Below, piece after piece: positions 58,218 to 64,000 of a DNA stretch of 64,000 nt. Numbering within the stretch: the first letter of the stretch is position 1; each line of letters opens with the position of its first letter. The position numbers and the translations under genes are program-made. Under the pieces are notes generated by a model. That model did no database searches and was not told where the DNA came from. It saw only the letters and a program-made list of their open reading frames with translations. Source of the stretch: Acidobacteriota bacterium (GTDB taxonomy: Bacteria > Acidobacteriota > UBA6911); the NCBI GenBank assembly GCA_031271905.1, contig JAISUT010000067.1, forward strand, positions 32,663 through 96,662. Direction: 5' to 3'.

Positions 58218-59687
58218 CTACCCGGCGAGCTTCTTTTGCAACAGGTCGTTCACGACTTGCGGGTTGGCCTGGCCGCGCGTCTCCTTCATCACCTGTCCGA
58301 CGAAGTAGCTGATGACCTTGGTCTTGCCCGAGCGGTACTCCGCAAGTTGCTTGGGGCTCGCGGCGATGATCTTGTCGATGGCCGCCCCGAGGCTGGCCTC
58401 GTCGCTGACCTGCTCCAAGCCCATGCGGCTGATGATCGCCCCCGGCTTCTCGCCGGAGCGCGCCATCTCCTCGAAGACCGTCTTGGCGATCTTGCCGGAG
58501 ATCTTGCCGGAATCGATGGTGCGGATGAGCTCCGCCACGTCCGCCGCCGGGATGGGGCAGTCCTCCATGTCCTTCCCCGCGTTTTTCAGCACGAACGCCA
58601 GATCGCCCATGATCCAGTTGGCAGACGCCTTCGGGTTGCCGGAAGCCTTGGCGCATTCCTCGTAGTAGTCCGCCGAAGCCGCCGAGGAGGTCAGCAACAG
58701 CGCGTCGTCCGCCGAAAGGCCGTACTCCGCGACGAAGCGGTTCATCTTCGCGCCGGGCAGTTCGGGCAGGCCGGCTTCGATGCCGGCTATCCACTCCGGC
58801 GACAGCTTCAGCGGCAACAGGTCCGGCTCGGGGAAGTAGCGGTAGTCGTGCGCCTCCTCCTTGCTGCGCATCACGAAGGTGCGCCCCTCGGCCTCGTCCC
58901 ACAGCCGTGTCTCCTGCGAGATATGCCCGCCTTCCTCCAAGACGCGGATCTGGCGCGCGATCTCGTAGTCGAGGGCGTGTTGCAGGAAGCGGAAGGAATT
59001 GAGGTTTTTGATCTCCACCTTGACGCCCAGCTTCTCCTGGCCCGCAGGGCGCACCGAGACGTTGGCGTCGCAGCGCAGGCTGCCCTCCTCCATGTTGCCG
59101 TCGCAGACGCCGATGTACAGGAGCGTCTTGCGCAGATGCACCAGGTAGTCGTAAGCCTCCTGGCTGCTGCGGAAGTCGGGGTCGCTGACGATCTCCACCA
59201 GGGGCGTCCCGGTGCGGTTCAGGTTGACGTAGCTTTTCGAGGAGGTCTCGGGCAACCCTTCGTGGACGGACTTGCCCGCGTCGTCCTCCATGTGCAGGCG
59301 CGTGATGCCGAAAGCCTTCTCCGTCCGGTTGACGATCTTGCCGGTTTCGTTCCGTTCGCCGGAAAAAATCCGCACCGTGCCGTGCTCCCCCACCGGGCGG
59401 TCGAACTGCGAGATCTGGTAGCCCTTGGGCAGGTCGGGGTAGAAGTAGTTCTTCCGGGCGAAGATCGAGACCGGGTTGACGTGACAGCCGAGCGCCAGCG
59501 ACGCCTTGACCGCCATGGCGACCGCCTCGCGGTTGACGACCGGCAGCGCCCCCGGCAGCCCCAGGCAGACCGGGCAGGTGTTGGCGTTCGGCGGCGCGCC
59601 GAACTGCGTGCTGCATCCGCAGAAGAGCTTGCTCCGGGTTAAAAGTTGCGCATGCACCTCAAGGCCGATGACAGGTTCGAATTTCAT
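58218..59687 (-). CDS. gatB: Asp-tRNA(Asn)/Glu-tRNA(Gln) amidotransferase subunit B
   Basis: MKFEPVIGLEVHAQL...CGC...CPVCLGLPG is the canonical GatB N-terminus. 489 aa from the internal ATG. Confidence 0.9.
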   Translation of the reverse strand: MKFEPVIGLEVHAQLLTRSKLFCGCSTQFGAPPNANTCPVCLGLPGALPVVNREAVAMAVKASLALGCHVNPVSIFARKNYFYPDLPKGYQISQFDRPVGEHGTVRIFSGERNETGKIVNRTEKAFGITRLHMEDDAGKSVHEGLPETSSKSYVNLNRTGTPLVEIVSDPDFRSSQEAYDYLVHLRKTLLYIGVCDGNMEEGSLRCDANVSVRPAGQEKLGVKVEIKNLNSFRFLQHALDYEIARQIRVLEEGGHISQETRLWDEAEGRTFVMRSKEEAHDYRYFPEPDLLPLKLSPEWIAGIEAGLPELPGAKMNRFVAEYGLSADDALLLTSSAASADYYEECAKASGNPKASANWIMGDLAFVLKNAGKDMEDCPIPAADVAELIRTIDSGKISGKIAKTVFEEMARSGEKPGAIISRMGLEQVSDEASLGAAIDKIIAASPKQLAEYRSGKTKVISYFVGQVMKETRGQANPQVVNDLLQKKLAG

Positions 59688-59739
59688 GAGGCGTATTATA
59701 GACCAAGGTGCAAGAGGCACGGAAGGCTCGCCGCCAAAT

Positions 59740-59773
59740 AAAAACCCGGCGGGTACGGAGCCGCCGGGTTTTT
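59740..59773. terminator. Bidirectional rho-independent terminator (A5-CCCGGCGG-loop-CCGCCGGG-T5)
   Basis: Perfect 8-bp GC stem flanked by A5 and T5. Lies between the PEP-CTERM gene and gatB. Confidence 0.75.
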
Positions 59774-59803
59774 CCTGGAGATCGACCGGGAGAGTTCGCT
59801 TCG

Positions 59804-60523
59804 TTACTTGTCGCTGGACTTGTCTTCGGGCTTGACAGCCTTGCGGTTGCGGCGGCGCACCAGCGCCACGGCACCCAGCAGACCGCTTCCCAGCAACACT
59901 ATCGTCCCCGGCTCGGGCACAGTCCCGAGGTTCGCCGACCACGTGTAGCCGTAATCGCTGGCGAGGGAGCCCTGCGTGCTGAAATCCCAGAACGCCAGTG
60001 TCGCAGTGTCGTACAGGATCGCACCGTTGTCCCAAGCATAGACGTACCCGGTGCCATGCAACCCCAAGGATCCCCCGGCATCTTCCAAAGAGTCGAGCGT
60101 CAGCAGATTGAAAGAGAACTGCACGTCGCCGGAAGAATCATAGGCGATCCAAAGGGGGCTTTCGGAAAAGTCGGTGCACAACTCCAACGCCCCATCTTCA
60201 TTTCTGAAAGTGAAATCGTTAAAGGTCGCGCCGCCCCAATACCCGTTCGTGCCACCCTCTCCGAGAAAGCCGAACATGAGCCCGCTGAAGTCACCGCTGC
60301 TGGTGATTGTCGCGCTATTGTGAGCTTGGTCGGGTTTGAAATCTATGCTGTAGGCATTGGCGAAATTACCGTCGGTGATCTGCGTGCCGTTCTCATCCAA
60401 CAACTGCACCACTGCACCACCCCAACCAATAGAGCCGGTAAGCCCCTCCGCCATGGCGCTTCCGACCGCCAGCGCCAGAACGGCGACCGCCGCAATAGCC
60501 ATTATCGAAAGTTGTCTTTTCAT
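59804..60523 (-). CDS. PEP-CTERM sorting-domain secreted protein
   Basis: C-terminal VPEPGTIVLLGSGLLGAVALVRRR matches the PEP-CTERM motif plus TM helix plus Arg cluster. N-terminal signal peptide. GGAGG ribosome-binding site 7 nt before the ATG at 60523. Confidence 0.8.
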   Translation of the reverse strand: MKRQLSIMAIAAVAVLALAVGSAMAEGLTGSIGWGGAVVQLLDENGTQITDGNFANAYSIDFKPDQAHNSATITSSGDFSGLMFGFLGEGGTNGYWGGATFNDFTFRNEDGALELCTDFSESPLWIAYDSSGDVQFSFNLLTLDSLEDAGGSLGLHGTGYVYAWDNGAILYDTATLAFWDFSTQGSLASDYGYTWSANLGTVPEPGTIVLLGSGLLGAVALVRRRNRKAVKPEDKSSDK

Positions 60524-60542
60524 GTCCATCCTCCTCGACAAT

Positions 60543-60557
60543 TTTTAGAAGTTCCCC
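60543..60557. repeat. Solo MITE terminal repeat fragment (TTTTTAGAAGTTCCC)
   Basis: Matches the right terminal inverted repeat with one mismatch. Lies just upstream of the PEP-CTERM gene. Confidence 0.35.
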
Positions 60558-60844
60558 TCGGCTCGATCCTAGGACGCTCGCAACGCACATCCTATATCCT
60601 AAAATCAGACCTTTACCGCATCATCATGAAAAGCAATAACCATGCCATACAAATAAAGAATTGAGATATTTCCATTATAAGTTTAATATTTTCAATGTGT
60701 TATGCGATTTTAGTTGGATGGCAATGTCAGGCTTATGCTTACGTATGTTTTAGGAATTTGTAAAATATTCCGACAGTTTTTGATCGAAAATCGAGATAAG
60801 TCAACATAAGTAATTGGAAGTATTAATGTTAGTAATTTTCATGA

Positions 60845-60870
60845 AAAGTGTAAGGAAAATTTTACACTTT
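60845..60870. promoter_or_regulatory. Perfect 9-bp inverted repeat AAAGTGTAA-N8-TTACACTTT in an AT-rich spacer
   Basis: Read directly from sequence. Sits in a 400-bp AT-rich region between the PEP-CTERM gene and putP. Confidence 0.35.
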
Positions 60871-61017
60871 TACATTTTCCCTGGTTTTCATGCCCGCCCT
60901 AATTAAAAATGCTTGTTGATTAAATATGCCGTCCGGTCAAGTCAAAACATGAATATCATCGGAATATCATCGCGGTTCGAGTTCGGCGGAGAGTTCGCGG
61001 GAGTCAAGGCGCATCAT

Positions 61018-61045
61018 GGTTTCTTCGGAAGAGCCGAAACTTAAG
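61018..61045. terminator. Hairpin (GGTTTCTTCGG-AAGAG-CCGAAACT) downstream of putP
   Basis: 11-bp stem with one G:U pair and a 5-nt loop. No clear U-tract. Confidence 0.3.
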
Positions 61046-61118
61046 AGATTGACGCTGCCGTACCATACGAGGCGGTTGTCGATGATGGCAAACTTCTAAT
61101 GTATGCGAGGCTTGAGGA

Positions 61119-62666
61119 TTACTTTGACGGCTGATTGCAATCCTCTTCGCCCTTGACGAGGGCGAACTCCTCGAGCATTTTCTCGTCGGGCTGTTGCGAA
61201 CAGAGGCTGAAGCAGACTGTGAGCACGAGCGAGACGGCGAAGCCGACCGCAAGCGAGTACAGCGCTGTCGAATTTCCGAGCGTGGCGCCCGCGACCGGGA
61301 CGTAGTCCCACATGATGACGGTGAGGCCGCCGCCGAGCAAGCCCGCTGCGGCACCCGCGCGGTTGATGCGTTTCCAGTAGAGCGACAGCAGTACCACCGC
61401 GCCGAATGTCGAACCGAATCCCGACCATGCGTTTGACACGAGCCCCATGACTGAAGAGTTTTGATCGGTCGCGATGAGGTAGGCGATGAGCGCGATGACG
61501 CTGACGCTGACGCGGCTGACCCATAGCAGGTGTTTGTCGCCGGCGTTCTTGTTGAGCGCCGTCTTGTAGATGTCGGATGTGAACGATGAGGCGGTGACGA
61601 GCAACTGCGAATCGCTTGTGGACATGATTGCCGCAAGGATGCCGCAGAGGAAGAGTCCGCCGAGCAGAGGCGCGTATACGACCGCCTGCTCTCCGCCAAG
61701 CCCCATGAACAGCCTTTGAATCAGGGCGATGAAGACATTTTCTGCGTCGCCGAGCTGGTCTGCCGACAACGCCATCTTCCCGACGGTGCCGACGAGGACA
61801 GCCATCGTCAGTGAAATCAGAACCCAGATGGTTGCGATGAATGCGGAACGTTTCACGAGCTTGTCGCTCTTGATTGCCATGAAGCGCACAAGGACATGCG
61901 GCATGCCGAAATAGCCGAGTCCCCACGCAAGCTGTGAGATGATTCCGACGCCGGTCTGCGTGCCGCCCGCACCGTCGCCTAGGATGTTCGTAAAACCGGA
62001 GGGAAGCATGCCCGCATCCGCTATCGTCGCATAGGCGAGAATCGGCACGAGCAGTATCGCGGCAAACATCAGAAGCCCCTGAATCAAATCCGTCCAGCAC
62101 ACGGCGTGAAAACCGCCGAGGAAGGTGTAGATGAGAATGATTGCGACGCCGATGACGAGCGATATCTGGTAAGGCACGCCGAAGACCTGCAGGAACAGCT
62201 TCGCGCCTGCGACAAAACCCGATGCCGTGTAGACCGCGAAGAAGATGGCGATGAATGCCGCCGATGCGATACGGATGACTTTTGAGGTGTCATGGAAGCG
62301 GTTCTCCAGGTATTCCGGGATTGTGATTGAATTGCCCGCCACGATGGTGTAGCGGCGCAGAGGCTTTGCGACTATGACCCAGTTGAGTGTCGTGCCGATT
62401 GCAAGCCCGACAGCTATCCAAAGCTGTCCCGTACCGGCTGCGTAGACTGCGCCCGGCAGACCCATGAGGAGCCATCCCGACATGTCCGAGGCTTGCGCCG
62501 ACAACGCGGCGACCCATGCGTTCAGGTTGCGTCCGCCGAGGAAATAGTCCGTGAGATTGGAACTGCGCTTGTAGAAAAACGCGCCGACGGAAATCATCGC
62601 CGCGCAATACACCGCGAACGCGATGGCGACCCATATGAAATAGTTCGCAGAATTTCCCATATCCAC
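61119..62666 (-). CDS. putP: Sodium:proline symporter (SSS family)
   Basis: 515 aa, 13 TM helices. N-terminus and GxxxxLMGLPG-type motifs typical of PutP. Codon usage is noticeably AT-richer than neighbouring genes. Confidence 0.9.
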   Translation of the reverse strand: MDMGNSANYFIWVAIAFAVYCAAMISVGAFFYKRSSNLTDYFLGGRNLNAWVAALSAQASDMSGWLLMGLPGAVYAAGTGQLWIAVGLAIGTTLNWVIVAKPLRRYTIVAGNSITIPEYLENRFHDTSKVIRIASAAFIAIFFAVYTASGFVAGAKLFLQVFGVPYQISLVIGVAIILIYTFLGGFHAVCWTDLIQGLLMFAAILLVPILAYATIADAGMLPSGFTNILGDGAGGTQTGVGIISQLAWGLGYFGMPHVLVRFMAIKSDKLVKRSAFIATIWVLISLTMAVLVGTVGKMALSADQLGDAENVFIALIQRLFMGLGGEQAVVYAPLLGGLFLCGILAAIMSTSDSQLLVTASSFTSDIYKTALNKNAGDKHLLWVSRVSVSVIALIAYLIATDQNSSVMGLVSNAWSGFGSTFGAVVLLSLYWKRINRAGAAAGLLGGGLTVIMWDYVPVAGATLGNSTALYSLAVGFAVSLVLTVCFSLCSQQPDEKMLEEFALVKGEEDCNQPSK

Positions 62667-63133
62667 CCCTCATCAAAGAGATAATTGCAATGATTGCAAG
62701 CAAATTATTGAACGTTGAATATATCATAGGTATCAATGGGAAATGCTGGAAAATCGTCGCATCTCCGGGTTCTCCTGGTTGTTTTCCGAAAAAAACATCT
62801 TATCCGGTCGGTTCCAGTATGCGCCCGTGTCCGGCTATTTCCCCACTTATGTTTCGATAAGTTTAGTTTGTTAAACTGAACATATCCGAATTTAATATTT
62901 TTAATTTTGTACAAATAATGGATCTTTGCCGCCAGCATTTTATCCCGCAAAAAAATGTTTTGGATAATACGGAATCTTGGTGTATAAATGAAATTACCGT
63001 TGTCGCAGGGACATCCTGCGGCGAGGAAAGTTGGCTTGTGCGATCTATGCCCAATGCTTCAGGGATTGATGAAAATGCAGCCGACTTGATATTTAATGTT
63101 AATAAATAATATGAAGCAAGGGAGGGGAAAATA

Positions 63134-63406
63134 ATGAAAAGATCAAGCATCCTTTTTGTCGTATTGTTGCTATGCCCTGTTATATGCCAAGCGGGGGATG
63201 CCGCGACTTGCAGCGAGTTCGCTCAAGGGGTAAGGACTAGTTGTCAAAATGCGTTGGTCAGTCAAGGTCAAGGATTTTGTCAGGCGCAGGTGCAAGGGTA
63301 TTGTGAACAATATGCTTTAAACTTTTGTTCACAGTCGGGGCAAAACAACCCGTTTTGCATACACAGCATGTCGCAAATGTACATGGATCAATTAGGGAAG
63401 CGCTGA
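63134..63406 (+). CDS. Small secreted cysteine-rich protein (90 aa)
   Basis: Signal peptide MKRSSILFVVLLLCPVICQA. Mature region has 8 Cys and is Gln-rich. AGGGAGGGG ribosome-binding site 6 nt upstream. Low-GC context. Confidence 0.5.
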   Translation: MKRSSILFVVLLLCPVICQAGDAATCSEFAQGVRTSCQNALVSQGQGFCQAQVQGYCEQYALNFCSQSGQNNPFCIHSMSQMYMDQLGKR

Positions 63407-63430
63407 TTTATTCGAAAACCAGAAGAATTG

Positions 63431-63604
63431 ATGGCTGCAAATGTATTGTTTTCAACATCACCTTTTCTCGAAAATGAATTAATCAGCATTTCCTTAGCTC
63501 CGCAGAGTGTCTATAGTTGCACATTGCAGTATTTGGAAAGTATGGCATCAAGCTGTGATGATGCGCATGAAGAAGCCTATGCCGCCTGCATGGACAATCC
63601 GTAG
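63431..63604 (+). CDS. Small Cys-containing ORF (57 aa), in frame with the previous ORF across a single TGA
   Basis: MAANVLFSTSPFLENELISISLAPQSVYSCTLQYLESMASSCDDAHEEAYAACMDNP. Below the 60-aa ORF-track cutoff. Same frame as 63134..63406. Confidence 0.25.
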   Translation: MAANVLFSTSPFLENELISISLAPQSVYSCTLQYLESMASSCDDAHEEAYAACMDNP

Positions 63605-63827
63605 GAAACAAGACGGCAATTCCTTGCCCCTTGGTTGAACCAAGGACAGGGCAAAACAACTTGGATATGAACGCCCCTTGCGGGATGTCCTCCCGTACGG
63701 GAGCGAGGTTGGGAGGCGGGATCGGCCCCGCCTCCCAACCGGAAGACGTTTTGACAAAATATTTTACGGAGATTATGCCAAAGCGGATAATCAAGGCACC
63801 CATTAAACAAAATTAAAGGAGATCGCC

Positions 63828-64000
63828 ATGACAAAACTTTATCTTCCCGGAGTTGCGATAGTCCTCTGTCTTGGGGCGCTTTCCACTTGTCTTCTTTTCC
63901 CTGCCAATCAGGATGTTCCAGCGGCGCCGGACGCGGGGGATGATTACGAGTCCTCGTTGCGGATAAAGCTATCTGCCCAAGAGGTGCTTCTGGACGTCGC
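63828..64000 (+). CDS. Secreted hypothetical protein (5' part; continues beyond window)
   Basis: AAAGGAG ribosome-binding site. Signal peptide MTKLYLPGVAIVLCLGALSTC. Confidence 0.4.
   Translation, partial: MTKLYLPGVAIVLCLGALSTCLLFPANQDVPAAPDAGDDYESSLRIKLSAQEVLLDV

Noticed and set aside
60961-61098. Higher-GC 140-bp block inside the AT-rich spacer (possible pseudogene fragment, weak resemblance to a phospholipase-D-like ...VVDDGKL... segment)
   Set aside because: No frame gives more than ~30 aa without stops and the motif resemblance is too weak. Noted only as a likely gene remnant inside the island finding.
63483-63803. 106-aa minus-strand ORF near the window end
   Set aside because: No ribosome-binding site. 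Overlaps the plus-strand 57-aa Cys-rich ORF region and has an odd composition. Considered spurious.

Overview
This window is a high-GC (~65%) bacterial chromosomal segment. Its gene content suggests a PVC-superphylum-like organism: a PEP-CTERM protein, a prepilin/pseudopilin operon, squalene-hopene cyclase, LL-DAP aminotransferase DapL, cytochrome bd oxidase and SelA.

Most of the window is ordinary housekeeping and metabolism:
- shc, a glyA-like gene, gcvH, dapL, gnd, a PfkB-family kinase, cydAB, corA, a GH57 glycosidase, a type-B carboxylesterase, two class-I aminotransferases, purH, a cold-shock protein, selA, gatB, putP and tRNA-Cys.

The unusual content is:
- a minor-pilin operon (FimT/GspH-like, PilV/GspI-like, PilW/GspJ-like) that ends in two tandem giant (826 aa and at least 724 aa) GspK/PilX-like paralogs;
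- a roughly 110-122 bp MITE-like repeat family with terminal inverted repeats GGGAACCTCTAAAAA / TTTTTAGAGGTTCCC, present as four full copies and two solo ends, twice abutting a TAA stop codon;
- a TRAP transporter (dctPQM) whose dctM stop is 2 nt from the start of eutBC, with no other eut genes in the window;
- two low-GC islands. One at 26.2-29.9 kb carries a GT-C-like membrane glycosyltransferase and a GT2 polyprenyl-phosphate sugar synthase. One at 60.6-64 kb carries putP with atypical codon usage and small Cys-rich secreted ORFs;
- a nucleotidyltransferase plus divergent SHMT-fold PLP enzyme pair next to shc, with tandem operator-like repeats in the divergent promoter;
- an M23 peptidase-bactofilin-repeat protein-LarA-like cluster;
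- a DUF1836-NfeD-flotillin module;
- a promoter-like motif, GTGATTTG-N3-TATAAT, shared by two unrelated genes.

No CRISPR array, rRNA or intact insertion sequence was seen. Many long ORFs in the six-frame track are antisense shadows of real genes, as is typical of GC-rich DNA, and were discarded.
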